DNA of 64,000 nucleotides from an uncultured Gemmatimonadales bacterium (GTDB lineage: Bacteria > Gemmatimonadota > Gemmatimonadetes > Longimicrobiales > Longimicrobiaceae): NCBI GenBank assembly GCA_963716255.1, contig OY970303.1, positions 3,488,001-3,552,000 of the forward strand, in the 5' to 3' direction. The position numbers and the translations under genes were made by a program. Positions 49,728 to 59,131 of the stretch are shown piece after piece. The notes beneath the pieces were generated by a model, which worked only from the letters and a program-made list of their open reading frames with translations, did no database searches and had not been told where the DNA came from. The number at the start of each line of letters is the position of its first letter. Position 1 is the stretch's first letter.

Positions 49728-52307
49728 ATGAACGACCTTTCCTCCCCTCCCGCCTCCGGGCGCCAGGCCGCAGAGGCCACCTTCCGCCGCTTCGCCGTGG
49801 TGGGGACCGGCGCGTCGCTGGCGTGGGCGCCCGTGTGGTTCCTGTCGGGGGTGCCCTCCGTGGGCTCGGCGCTGCTGGCCGCGGGGGCGATCATCGCCGC
49901 GGCGTACGCGGGACGCCGGCGGCTGGGGCTGGAGCTGGCCGGCCACCTGGCGGTGGCGGCGGCGGTGGCCGCGGTGCTGGGGGTGGTGAGCGTCACCGGG
50001 GGGATCGACGGCACCCGCGGGGTGTGGGTGTTCGTGCTCCCGGTGGCGATCGCGCTGCCGCTGGGGGTGCGGGCCGCCGCGGCCTGGGGGGCGGGGCTGG
50101 TGGCGGCGGTGGCGGCGATGTGGATGCTGGAGCTGCGCGGCTATCCCTTCCCCGACCTGGTCCCCGCCGAGCACCACGCCGCCGTGGCGGCGGCGGTGCA
50201 CCTCACCGTGCTGACGCTGATCCTGCTTCTTTCCCTGGCGTACGCGCGCACGCGGGTCGCTACCGTGCGCAGCCTGCACGCCGCCAACCGCAGCCTGGAG
50301 GCGGTCTCCGCCGACCGGGAGCGGCGCGCCGGGCGGCTGGGGGTGCTGGTGGACGTGGCGCGCATCCTGGCCTCGGAGCGCTCGCCGGACCGGCTGTACC
50401 GCGCCTTCTACGTACAGGTGGGCCGGGTGCTGCGGCGCGACGCCTTCTACGTCGCCCTGTGGGACGAGGAGTCCGGGACGATCCGTTACCCGCTCATGTA
50501 CGACGAGGGGGTGGAGTACCCGGGCGACCGGGTCCCCCTGGGCCAGGGCCCCACCAGCCGCGCCATCCGCGAGCGGCGCACCGTGGTCTGCTCCGGCGAG
50601 AGGACCGTCGAGGGCGAGCCGTGGGGGAACGCGGCCCGCCCCGCGCGCGCGGCGGTGCACGCGCCGCTGGTCAAGGAAAACCGGGTGCTGGGGGTGCTGG
50701 GGGTGTTCAGCTACGGCGACCCCTACTCGGACGAGGACGTGCGCCTCTTCGAGTCGCTGGCCGACCAGGCCGCGGTGGCGGTGGAGAACGCGCTGCTGGA
50801 CCGCAGGGTGAGCGAGTCCGAGGCGCGCTTCCGCGAGGTGCTGGCCTCCATCGAGCGCATGGTGGGGCACGCCGTGGTCATCACCGACCTGGAGGGGCGG
50901 ATCCAGTACGCGGGGGGGACGGAAAGCGTGCACGGCTTCCCGCCGGAGGAGCTGGTGGGGCACCACGTGTCCGTGCTGGGGCGCAACGTGCCGGAGGCGG
51001 AGGCGATTTCCGACGCCTTCCTGGGCGCGATGACGCGCGGCGAGCCCTGGACGCAGGCGGTGACCGCCACGCGCAGGGGAGGGGACAACTTCCCCATCCT
51101 GATCTCGGCGTCGCCGTACTATGGGCGCGGCGGGGAGCTGAGCGGGGTGGTGACCATAGGGGTGGACCTCACCGAGCAGGTGGAGGGCGAGCGCCGGCTG
51201 ATGCAGTCCGCCAAGCTGGCCGCCATCGGCGAGCTGGTGGCCGGGGTGGCCCACGAGCTCAACAACCCGCTCACCGTGGTGAAGACCACGGCCACGCTGC
51301 TGGAGGCTGAGCTCGCCGGCGAGGCGGCCGCCGACGCCCGCGCCATCCGCGAGCACGCCGATCGGGCGGCGCGCATCGTCCGGGGGCTGCTGCACTTTTC
51401 CCGGCAGACGCCGCACGAGCGGCTCCCCACCGACCTGAACCTGGTGGTGGGCCGGGTCTGCCTCTTCCGCGAGGACGGGCTGCGCGCCCAGCACGTGGCG
51501 CTGGAGACGCGCTTCGCCCCGGACCTTCCCCTGACGCTGGCGGACGGCCCGCAGCTGGAGCAGGTGGTGCTCAACCTGGTCAACAACGCGGAGCAGGCCA
51601 TCGTCACCGGGCCGGGGCGCGGCAAGGTGAGGGTGACCACCGAGGGGGGCGAGGGCGTGCTCCGCTTCCGGGTGGAGGACGATGGCCCCGGGATCCCGGA
51701 GGAGGTGCGCGCCCGCATCTTCGACCCGTTCTTCACCACGCGCGCGGTGGGCGAGGGGACCGGGCTGGGGCTGGCCGTGTCGCACGGCATCGTGGCCGAG
51801 CACGGCGGCAGCATCACGGTGCGCTCGGAGCCCGGCGGCGGCGCGGTCTTCACCGTGGAGATCCCCCTGGTCGCGGCGCCCGAGGAGGGCGCGTCGCCGC
51901 CGCCCTCCCCCGCCGCGGCGGAAGTCCCGCCCTCGCCCCGCCTGGTGCTGGTGGTGGACGACGAGCCGGGGCTGCGGCGCATCGTGCGGCGCTACCTGGA
52001 GACGCGCGGCCACCGGGTGGAGGAGGCGGCCTCCGGCGCCGAGGCCCTGGAGCGGATCGCCGCCGCGGCGTACGACGCGGTGCTGCTGGACCTCAAGATG
52101 CCCGAGATGCCGGGCGACGAGCTGTTCCGCATCCTCCGCGAGCGCCACCCGGAGACCGCCGCCCGCGTGGTCTTCGCCACCGGCGACGTGATCTCCCCCG
52201 CGCGCAAGGCGTTCCTGGACGGCAGCGGGCGCCCCGCGTTCGAGAAGCCGTTCGACCTGGGGGAGGTCGCGAGGGCGATGGAGGGGACGGCAGGGAACAG
52301 GGAATAG
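49728..52307 (+). CDS. Hybrid sensor histidine kinase (TM-GAF-PAS-HisKA-HATPase-REC)
   Basis: AGVAHELNNPL, QVVLNLVNNA, DDGPGI, FDPFFTT, GTGLGL, VVDDE..LLDLKMP..EKPF. Confidence 0.95.
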   Translation: MNDLSSPPASGRQAAEATFRRFAVVGTGASLAWAPVWFLSGVPSVGSALLAAGAIIAAAYAGRRRLGLELAGHLAVAAAVAAVLGVVSVTGGIDGTRGVWVFVLPVAIALPLGVRAAAAWGAGLVAAVAAMWMLELRGYPFPDLVPAEHHAAVAAAVHLTVLTLILLLSLAYARTRVATVRSLHAANRSLEAVSADRERRAGRLGVLVDVARILASERSPDRLYRAFYVQVGRVLRRDAFYVALWDEESGTIRYPLMYDEGVEYPGDRVPLGQGPTSRAIRERRTVVCSGERTVEGEPWGNAARPARAAVHAPLVKENRVLGVLGVFSYGDPYSDEDVRLFESLADQAAVAVENALLDRRVSESEARFREVLASIERMVGHAVVITDLEGRIQYAGGTESVHGFPPEELVGHHVSVLGRNVPEAEAISDAFLGAMTRGEPWTQAVTATRRGGDNFPILISASPYYGRGGELSGVVTIGVDLTEQVEGERRLMQSAKLAAIGELVAGVAHELNNPLTVVKTTATLLEAELAGEAAADARAIREHADRAARIVRGLLHFSRQTPHERLPTDLNLVVGRVCLFREDGLRAQHVALETRFAPDLPLTLADGPQLEQVVLNLVNNAEQAIVTGPGRGKVRVTTEGGEGVLRFRVEDDGPGIPEEVRARIFDPFFTTRAVGEGTGLGLAVSHGIVAEHGGSITVRSEPGGGAVFTVEIPLVAAPEEGASPPPSPAAAEVPPSPRLVLVVDDEPGLRRIVRRYLETRGHRVEEAASGAEALERIAAAAYDAVLLDLKMPEMPGDELFRILRERHPETAARVVFATGDVISPARKAFLDGSGRPAFEKPFDLGEVARAMEGTAGNRE

Positions 52308-52456
52308 GGTTCATCGGTTCACGCGCAGCGTGAAGCGCCATTCTGGGAGAGGAGGCAACGGCTGGGCTCCGTACAGTCGTCCCCTCCGTCGCTTGCGGGG
52401 GAGGGGTGGCGCGCAGCGCCGGGGTGGGGGGGCCCGCGGACGCCAGCGCGAGACCC

Positions 52457-52589
52457 GCGTGAGGGATTTCGGCCCGGAGGGGCGAGACCCCGCGGGGCTG
52501 TTTCCGCGGGGGCTCGACTCCGTTGGGCAGCGTTGTTTGCTGCCTTACGGAGCCGAAGCCCGACCCCGGCGCCAGCCGGGGGCACGCCC
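52457..52589 (+). repeat. Dispersed multi-stem element, copy I (preceded by a REP-like palindrome at 52380-52432)
   Basis: Inner stem GGGCAGC-GTTGTTT-GCTGCCT. Confidence 0.9.
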
Positions 52590-52709
52590 AAAACGCCCGT
52601 TTCGTGGACGTCCAAAACCCGTTAGCACGATCCTCGCATTGCCTGCGGCCGGGAGCGCCCCCCGCTCCCCTGGATGAATCGCGAAAAAAGCCACCGGAGG
52701 GTTTCGGAG

Positions 52710-53279
52710 ATGGAGGACAAGCAGTTCGAGGTCGACGTCGTCTACCGGGTGACCGTGCGCTACGCGGTGACCGCGGCGGACAGCGAGACGGCCGAGCGCC
52801 TGGCCCTGGAGATGTGGCAGGCGGACGAGGACGGCGTGGGGGGGACCGAGGTGTGCGAGCTGGAAGGGGTGAGCGTGTCCAGCGCCGTGGACCAGGACGG
52901 GTGCGGGCGCGACTGCGACGAGGTGCTCCGCTTTCTCCGCGACCGCGAGCTGGTGATCGAGCGGCTGGACGAGGACGCCTTCAACCCCACCGTGCACGAC
53001 GCGGTCTCCGCCGAGGAGGTCGCCCGCCACCTGGGGTGGACCGACGCGGAAGGCGCCCACGACGTGACGCGCGCGGTGCGCACGCTGGAGCGCCTGTGCA
53101 ACGAGCAGCACCGTGTCGTGTGCTTCTCGCGGCCGCGGGTGCGCCGCGGCGAGCGCGGGGAGATCCGCCTGTACTGCACGCCGCAGCACCTGGAGCGCCT
53201 GTCCGCGCTGCTGGACGAGCCGGAGCCCGCCGCCGTCGGGGCCGGGGCGGAGGCCGAGCCCGCCGCCGCGCAGGCGTAG
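52710..53279 (+). CDS. Hypothetical protein, possible winged-helix C-terminal domain
   Basis: Coding-like acidic protein; VSAEEVARHLGW. Confidence 0.7.
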   Translation: MEDKQFEVDVVYRVTVRYAVTAADSETAERLALEMWQADEDGVGGTEVCELEGVSVSSAVDQDGCGRDCDEVLRFLRDRELVIERLDEDAFNPTVHDAVSAEEVARHLGWTDAEGAHDVTRAVRTLERLCNEQHRVVCFSRPRVRRGERGEIRLYCTPQHLERLSALLDEPEPAAVGAGAEAEPAAAQA

Positions 53280-53343
53280 CGCACGGTCCTCCCACCGGGG
53301 CAGCCGCCATGGCTGCCCCGTCCTTTTTCCCGTTTGTGAGCGC

Positions 53344-53853
53344 ATGGACGCGGCACGCCTGCTGGACGAGGCGCTGGCGGCGTGGGCCTACGCCCGCGCC
53401 GGCGTCGCCGACGAGGTGGAGAACCTGTCCGCGGACCGCTTCGGCTTCCGCCCCGCCCCGGAGTCGCGGAGCGTGGCGGAGCTGGTGCGGCACGTGGTGC
53501 AGTCGGGGATGATGATGACGGGGGAGCTGTCGCGCCCGGACGGCGACTTCGCGCGCCGCTCCTTCGAGGAGCACATCGCGGACTACGGCGCGGCGGCGGA
53601 GGGCGCAGAGACGCGGGACGCGCTGCTGCGGCTGCTGCGCGACACGCACGCGGACGGCGAGCGGCGGATCCGCGCCGCCGGGGCGGAGCACATGCTGGGC
53701 CCCATCCGCCAGTTCGACGGCACCCTCGCGTTGCGCCTCACCTGGATGCACCACGGCATCGGCCACGAGGAGTACCACCGCGGCCAGCTCGCCCTGTACG
53801 CGCGACTCCAGGGCGTGGTCCCGGCGCTGACGCGGCGCATCCGCGGCGGGTGA
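53344..53853 (+). CDS. DinB family protein
   Basis: FRPAPESRSVAELVRH, HEEYHRGQLALYARLQGVVP. Confidence 0.88.
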   Translation: MDAARLLDEALAAWAYARAGVADEVENLSADRFGFRPAPESRSVAELVRHVVQSGMMMTGELSRPDGDFARRSFEEHIADYGAAAEGAETRDALLRLLRDTHADGERRIRAAGAEHMLGPIRQFDGTLALRLTWMHHGIGHEEYHRGQLALYARLQGVVPALTRRIRGG

Positions 53854-54224
53854 GGGCGTCCCGCGCGGCGCTCGCCCTGCTCTTCGCCGCCGCCGGGGTC
53901 CTGCACTTCGTCCACCCGGACGCCTACGTCCGCATCGTCCCCCCGTTCCTTCCCGGGCCGCGCCTGCTGGTGCTGCTGAGCGGCGCCTGCGAGGTCGCGG
54001 GCGGGCTGGGGCTGCTGGTGCCCCGGGTTCGCCGCGCCGCGGGGGTGGGGCTGGTGCTCCTGCTGGCCGCCGTCTTCCCCGCGAACGTGTACATGGCACT
54101 GGACGCGGAGGGTGCCGGCCGCGGGATCGCGCCCGTGCTGCTCTGGCTGCGCCTGCCGCTCCAGCCGCTGCTGGCCTGGTGGGTGTGGCGTGCGTCGCGA
54201 GTGGTTGAACGGATGGACGGCTGA
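53850..54224 (+). CDS. DoxX-like membrane protein
   Basis: GTGA overlap; AGVLHF..P..Y..IVPPFLP, SGACE, VFPAN, RLPLQ. Confidence 0.85.
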   Translation: MRASRAALALLFAAAGVLHFVHPDAYVRIVPPFLPGPRLLVLLSGACEVAGGLGLLVPRVRRAAGVGLVLLLAAVFPANVYMALDAEGAGRGIAPVLLWLRLPLQPLLAWWVWRASRVVERMDG

Positions 54225-54235
54225 ACTGCCTGGTC

Positions 54236-54368
54236 GGGCGTGCCCCCGGCTGTCGCCGGGGTCGGGCTTCGGCTCCGTAGCAGACGAAACGACCGTCTGC
54301 GACGGAGTCGAGCCCCGGCGGAAACAGCCCCGCCGGGTCTCGCCCCTTCGGGCCGAAATCCCTCACGC
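54236..54368 (-). repeat. Dispersed multi-stem element, copy J (followed by REP-like palindromes at 54396-54522)
   Basis: Reverse-complement copy 12 nt after the DoxX stop. Confidence 0.9.
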
Positions 54369-54536
54369 GGGTCTCGCGCTGGCGTCCGCGGGAGGCCCCC
54401 ATCCGGCTCGCTTAGGCTCGCACGGCTTTCCCCCTATGTCCCCCAATTCTGGGGGAGGGCTTCCCGCACCTCTGCTCTGTCGTGCTCCCCTCCCCCTTGC
54501 GGGGAGGGGCCGGGGGAGGGGGTCGCCGTTGCCGTT

Positions 54537-55736
54537 CTACCTGCGCGCTTCCGTGCCTATCCGCTCCGCGGCCTCCAGCACCGGCCCCACCCGCGGCTTG
54601 TTCGTGAACCACACCACCGGCGCGCCGGCGCGCTCCCAGTCCGCGCCCGCGGCCAGGCCGCGGTACACCACCAGCACCAGGTTGCGCAGGCCGGCGGCCT
54701 CCACCTTCCGCAGCTTGTCCTCCAGGTACTCGGGCGTCCAGAAGCCCACCACCTCCACCAGCGCCTCGCGGCCGTCGGCGTGGCGCAGGGTGAAGTCGGG
54801 GAGGAACACCTCCTCGCCCACCTGCACCGGCGTGGCCTCGCGAAGCAGCGTCCAGCCGCGGCGCTCCTCCTCGCCCATGCGGTCCGCGAACTCCTCGGCG
54901 AGGGCGCGCTCCCAGGCGGAGTCGTAGGCCTCGGGGGCGGCGTCCCCGGCGAAGGGGGCCGTCGCCGCGTCCAGGCGGAAGGCGAGCGCGCGGCCGCCGC
55001 GGACCACCTCGGCCTCCAGGCGCCACCCGGGGGCGCGGGCGAGGGCGGGGACCACGCGGGCCAGGCGGGCGCCGTAGCGCGCGGGGCGCACCACGTAGGC
55101 GGCGGCGGGGCCGGTGAGCTCCACCGCGTAGCCCCCCGGCACGGCGGAGACCACGTACATCAGGCGGGCCAGCTTCACGGCGCGGAACAGGTCGCGCCAC
55201 CCGCCCGCCGCGGTGACCCGCACGCGCACGGCGTCCAGCAGGACCGCGCGGGCCAGCTCCAGGTTGTAGCGGCGCAGGAGCCCCGCGCCGTCCAGGCGTG
55301 GCGCGCGGGCCAGCAGGTGGGCGCCGGGGGCGTCGGCGTAGAGCAGGCGCTCCACCTCGGCGGGGGTGGTGCCCAGCTCCGCGGCGGCGTCCTGGTAGGG
55401 GCGGTCGCGGTCGCCGGGAAGGGGCGGCCAGCGCCGGCCGCGCGCGCGGAACAGGGCGGCGCGGACCTCGGGGGCGCGCTCCGAACCGGGGGGCGGGCGA
55501 AAGTCGGCGGCGTCCAGCAGCGCCTTGACGATCCCCGCCAGCCGCCGCGCGTCCTGCGCCCGCTCGTCGCGCAGCGCCTCCACCACCTCGCGCCGCGTGC
55601 GCCCCTCCAGGGCGCGCACGCTCCCGCACAGCTCGTCCAGCCGCCTCACCACCGCGGCGCCCCCGGGCAGGTACTCCACCATCACCTCGCCGCCGCGCTC
55701 GCGCGTGAACGGCGCCGCGTGGGTGCGCCGCAGCAT
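54537..55736 (-). CDS. DUF790 / Bax1-like PD-(D/E)xK nuclease
   Basis: LYAD, RYNLELARAVL, RYG, YDSAWE, FLPDF..EVVGFWTPEYLEDK. Confidence 0.88.
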   Translation of the reverse strand: MLRRTHAAPFTRERGGEVMVEYLPGGAAVVRRLDELCGSVRALEGRTRREVVEALRDERAQDARRLAGIVKALLDAADFRPPPGSERAPEVRAALFRARGRRWPPLPGDRDRPYQDAAAELGTTPAEVERLLYADAPGAHLLARAPRLDGAGLLRRYNLELARAVLLDAVRVRVTAAGGWRDLFRAVKLARLMYVVSAVPGGYAVELTGPAAAYVVRPARYGARLARVVPALARAPGWRLEAEVVRGGRALAFRLDAATAPFAGDAAPEAYDSAWERALAEEFADRMGEEERRGWTLLREATPVQVGEEVFLPDFTLRHADGREALVEVVGFWTPEYLEDKLRKVEAAGLRNLVLVVYRGLAAGADWERAGAPVVWFTNKPRVGPVLEAAERIGTEARR

Positions 55737-57172
55737 CAGAAGCCCAGCCCCAGCTGCCCGTCCGGCGGCCCGGTGAGCCCCCGGCGGCGGCGCTGCGAGG
55801 TGAAGAACTCGTGCGTCCCCGCGGCCACGATCTCGAACATGGAGGCCACCGAGTCGCCCTGGCGGCGCAGCAGCCGCCCCAGCCGCTGCGAGAACTGCCG
55901 GGGGCTGCCGCGGGTGCTGTCGCCCAGCACGATGCCCAGCTTCGCCGCGGGGATGTCCCACCCCTCGTCCAGCACCCGCACGCTCGCCACCGCCCGCATC
56001 TCCCCCGCGGCGATGGCGTCCAGCACCGCCTTGCGCTCCGAGGCCGGGGTGTCGGCCGTGATGATGGGGATGGCCAGCCGGCGCGACACGGCCTCCGCCG
56101 CGTCCGCGCTGCCGCAGAAGAGCACCGCCGTTTCCGCGGGGAACAGGCGCAGGATGCGCTCCGCCTCGCGCAGCTTCGCCGCGGAGGTGGCGACGATGCG
56201 CTCGCGCTCCAGCCACGCCCGGAAGGCGTGCCGGGCCGCCGGCGACAGCCGCGTTTCCGTCATGAACAGCGGCCACGCCTCGCCGGAGGGGAGCTCCGCC
56301 CAGGGCCGCGTGGCGACGTAGGCGTCGTACTCCTCCGTGCGCCGGCGGTACGCCTCCATCTCCTCCGCCTCCAGCGCCACGGGGACGCGCGCCAGGGCGA
56401 AACGGGCGAGCTGCGCGTCGGTCATCTCGCCCACGCTGCGCCGGTAGACGACCGGCCCCACCAGCCGCCGCAGCTCCGCGTCGCGCCCGTCCGGGTAGGT
56501 GGCGGTGAGCCCCAGCCGCCGCGGCGCCGGGGCGATGCGCAGCGCGTCGTGCCACGCCTTGGCCTCGCCCGCGGCGGTGTCGGCGAGGTGGTGCGCCTCG
56601 TCCAGCACCAGCAGGTCGAAGCGTTCGCCCCACCGCTCCAGCAGCGCGAACGCCGAGTGGTAGGTGGTGACGGTGATGGGCCTCACCTCCTTTTCCGCCG
56701 CGTAGAAGGCCCCCACCCGCTCCGCCCCGAAGGCGTCCGCCAGCTGCGAGAACCACTGCCCCACCAGCGCCTGGGTGGGCGCCACCACGCAGGCGCCCCG
56801 CCCGCCGCCGTGCACCGCCAGGAGCGCCACCAGCGTTTTTCCCGCGCCGGTGGGGAGCACCACCGTTCCCCGGTGCCCCTCCGCCTCCCAGCGGCGCAGC
56901 GCCTCGCGCTGGTAGTCGCGCGGCTCGCGCGGGTCCAGCAGAGGCGCGTCCAGCGCCTCCGCGCCGGGCCCGCCCTCGCTCACCCCGTGCTCGGCCGCCC
57001 AGGCGCGCACCTCCGGGAGCCGGCTCCCGGGCGCCACGTACGCGTCCGCGCGCGGGTCGTACTCCATCCACGGCGGCGGCCGCTCCCGCACGCGCCGCAG
57101 CATCACCAGGCCGCTGCGGTAGCGGAACTCCGGGGGCGCGGCGGGGCCGGTCTCGTCCTCGGGCCGCGTCAT
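55736..57172 (-). CDS. XPB/Rad25-like SF2 helicase
   Basis: RDYQREA, LPTGAGKT, DEAH, LGLTAT, VLDEGWDIP, QRLGRLLR. Confidence 0.9.
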   Translation of the reverse strand: MTRPEDETGPAAPPEFRYRSGLVMLRRVRERPPPWMEYDPRADAYVAPGSRLPEVRAWAAEHGVSEGGPGAEALDAPLLDPREPRDYQREALRRWEAEGHRGTVVLPTGAGKTLVALLAVHGGGRGACVVAPTQALVGQWFSQLADAFGAERVGAFYAAEKEVRPITVTTYHSAFALLERWGERFDLLVLDEAHHLADTAAGEAKAWHDALRIAPAPRRLGLTATYPDGRDAELRRLVGPVVYRRSVGEMTDAQLARFALARVPVALEAEEMEAYRRRTEEYDAYVATRPWAELPSGEAWPLFMTETRLSPAARHAFRAWLERERIVATSAAKLREAERILRLFPAETAVLFCGSADAAEAVSRRLAIPIITADTPASERKAVLDAIAAGEMRAVASVRVLDEGWDIPAAKLGIVLGDSTRGSPRQFSQRLGRLLRRQGDSVASMFEIVAAGTHEFFTSQRRRRGLTGPPDGQLGLGF

Positions 57173-58521
57173 CTCACCAGGTGGAAGCGCTCCTGCCGGG
57201 CCAGCACCCAGCTGCGCGCGCCGGCCGGGTCCAGGCGGGCGTCCTCCTCCTGCGCCATACGGACGCGCTGGCCGCCCCACTCGGGGACGGAGGAGGTGGC
57301 CTGGAGCTCGATGGAGTACCAGGTGTCCGGGCGCAGCGGCACGTCGCCCGCGCCGGGGACGCCCTCCTGGCGGTCCCACAGGCCGATGGTGGCTCCGGCG
57401 CCGTGGCCGTGGTCGCCGATGGGGTGGGTGTAGACGCTGCCGTCGATCCCCTCGGCACGCATGCGGGCCAGGGTGCGGCGCAGCACGTCGTTGCCGGTGC
57501 GGCCGGGGACCATCTCCTCCAGCAGCAGGTCCTGGAGGCGGTTGGAGCGGCCGAGCGCGGCGCGCAGGCCGGCCGGGGCGTCCGTCTCGCCGGGGCGCAG
57601 CACGTAGCCCATGTGCTGGGTGTCGGTGTGCAGCCCCAGCGCCACGATGCCGAAGTCGGTGTGCAGCACGTCGCCGCGCTGGATGACCGGGTCGGCGGAG
57701 TCGCCCATCTCCACGCCACGCCGCTGCACGCTCACCGAGGGCTGGAACCAGCTCCCCAGCCCCAGGTCGTTGACCCGCTGGCGCATCCACCACACCACGT
57801 CGCTCGCGCGGGTGGCGCCGGGGGTGACCACGCGCTCCGAGAACGCCTCGGCGATGACGGCGTGCGTGGTCTTCTGCATCTGCACGTACGTGGGGAGCAT
57901 CTCGGGGATGCGCTCGGCCAGGTAGTCCAGCGCCAGCCGCTCGCGCCGCACCACGCGCTCCCGGTACTCCGCCGGGAGTACGGCCCTCAGCTGCTCCCAC
58001 TCGCCGGCGGTGAGGCCGTCCGAAAAGGCGTGGGTGTGGGACACGTTCACGGCGATGGTGCGCGGGGCGCACGCCTCCACCAGCGGAGGCAGCAGCTTCC
58101 ACTGCTCGGGGCCCCACGGCTCCGCGGGGCGCCGCTGCACCCCGGCGGAGGCCACCGGCGCGCCGGCGTCGCGAACCACGCGGTACAGCCCGCCCTGCGA
58201 CGTTCCCCCGATGGCCACGCGCTCCACGCCCTCCCTGGCGCCGCGGTCGCAGAACACGTAGATGGTGCGGCGGCGCGCGGCCAGGGTGGTGGGCGACACC
58301 AGCGCGCGGAACACCGGGTCCTCGGCATACTCGCGCATGGGGACGATCCACATCCTCGCGCCGTGCTCGCGCATCAGCCGCGGGAGCACGCGCTCCAGGC
58401 GGATGCGCAGCCACTCCTGGCGCGTGTCCGCCTGCTCGCGCAGCGTGCCGAAGGGGCGCTCCTGCGCGGCGGCGGGGGCGGCGAGCGCGGCCAGGAGGAG
58501 CAGGGCGGCGGCGGGCTTCAT
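57169..58521 (-). CDS. Secreted M24 (Xaa-Pro aminopeptidase-like) peptidase
   Basis: Signal peptide; HTDFG..TDTQH, HPIGDHGH, SIE, EED metal ligands. Confidence 0.88.
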   Translation of the reverse strand: MKPAAALLLLAALAAPAAAQERPFGTLREQADTRQEWLRIRLERVLPRLMREHGARMWIVPMREYAEDPVFRALVSPTTLAARRRTIYVFCDRGAREGVERVAIGGTSQGGLYRVVRDAGAPVASAGVQRRPAEPWGPEQWKLLPPLVEACAPRTIAVNVSHTHAFSDGLTAGEWEQLRAVLPAEYRERVVRRERLALDYLAERIPEMLPTYVQMQKTTHAVIAEAFSERVVTPGATRASDVVWWMRQRVNDLGLGSWFQPSVSVQRRGVEMGDSADPVIQRGDVLHTDFGIVALGLHTDTQHMGYVLRPGETDAPAGLRAALGRSNRLQDLLLEEMVPGRTGNDVLRRTLARMRAEGIDGSVYTHPIGDHGHGAGATIGLWDRQEGVPGAGDVPLRPDTWYSIELQATSSVPEWGGQRVRMAQEEDARLDPAGARSWVLARQERFHLVR

Positions 58522-58605
58522 GGCTCGGGCGTTGGGGTGGGGCGGGACCGGGCTGCCGCGCAGTCTACGCCCGCGCGGGCGCCGCGGGCAAGCGCTCCGC
58601 CCGCC

Positions 58606-59118
58606 TCAGCAGCCCACCAGGTCGCAGACGAAGGACACGGCCACGTCCGCGGTGAGCGCGGCGCGCGGGCCGCCGCCTCCCTCGAACCAGAGGACGCCGG
58701 CCTGCACCCCCAGTGCGCGGAAGCTGGTCTCCAGCCGCACCGCGGGGCCCAGCGCGTCCGGCCCCAGGGAGCCCACGGCCACCAGCCCGGCCCCGGCGAT
58801 GGGCCCGGCGCCGATGGGGCGCAGCACCCCGGCGGAGCCCACCGCGGTGAAGCCCACCGGGTCGCCCTCGGCGAAGGTGACGCCGGCGGTGGCGAGCGCC
58901 TGCGCGTACCACTTCACCACCACCGGCCGGAACATCCCGTTCTCGTCGCGCACGGGCCGTGGGGTGGGGGTGTAGGTCCAGCGGACGCCGCCGGTGAGCG
59001 CCGGGGCCCAGTCGCCCACGAAGCCCAGCTGCGCCACCGGGACCAGCGGGTGCCTCTGCGCGGCCGCGGGCGTGCCGGCGCAGGCGAGGAGCAGGGCGAG
59101 GATGCATGCGGTGCGCAT
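58606..59118 (-). CDS. Hypothetical secreted protein
   Basis: Signal peptide MRTACILALLLACAGTPAAA; beta-rich. Confidence 0.6.
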   Translation of the reverse strand: MRTACILALLLACAGTPAAAQRHPLVPVAQLGFVGDWAPALTGGVRWTYTPTPRPVRDENGMFRPVVVKWYAQALATAGVTFAEGDPVGFTAVGSAGVLRPIGAGPIAGAGLVAVGSLGPDALGPAVRLETSFRALGVQAGVLWFEGGGGPRAALTADVAVSFVCDLVGC

Positions 59119-59131
59119 GGCGGCTCCGGGC

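Noticed and set aside
47880..52148. Very long ORFs in the track (1422 aa here; also 29207-32182, 24895-27546, 43083-45791, 35479-38793)
   Set aside because: Antisense or frame shadows typical of high-GC DNA, or real genes over-extended upstream; true starts were reassigned using RBS, signal peptides and motifs
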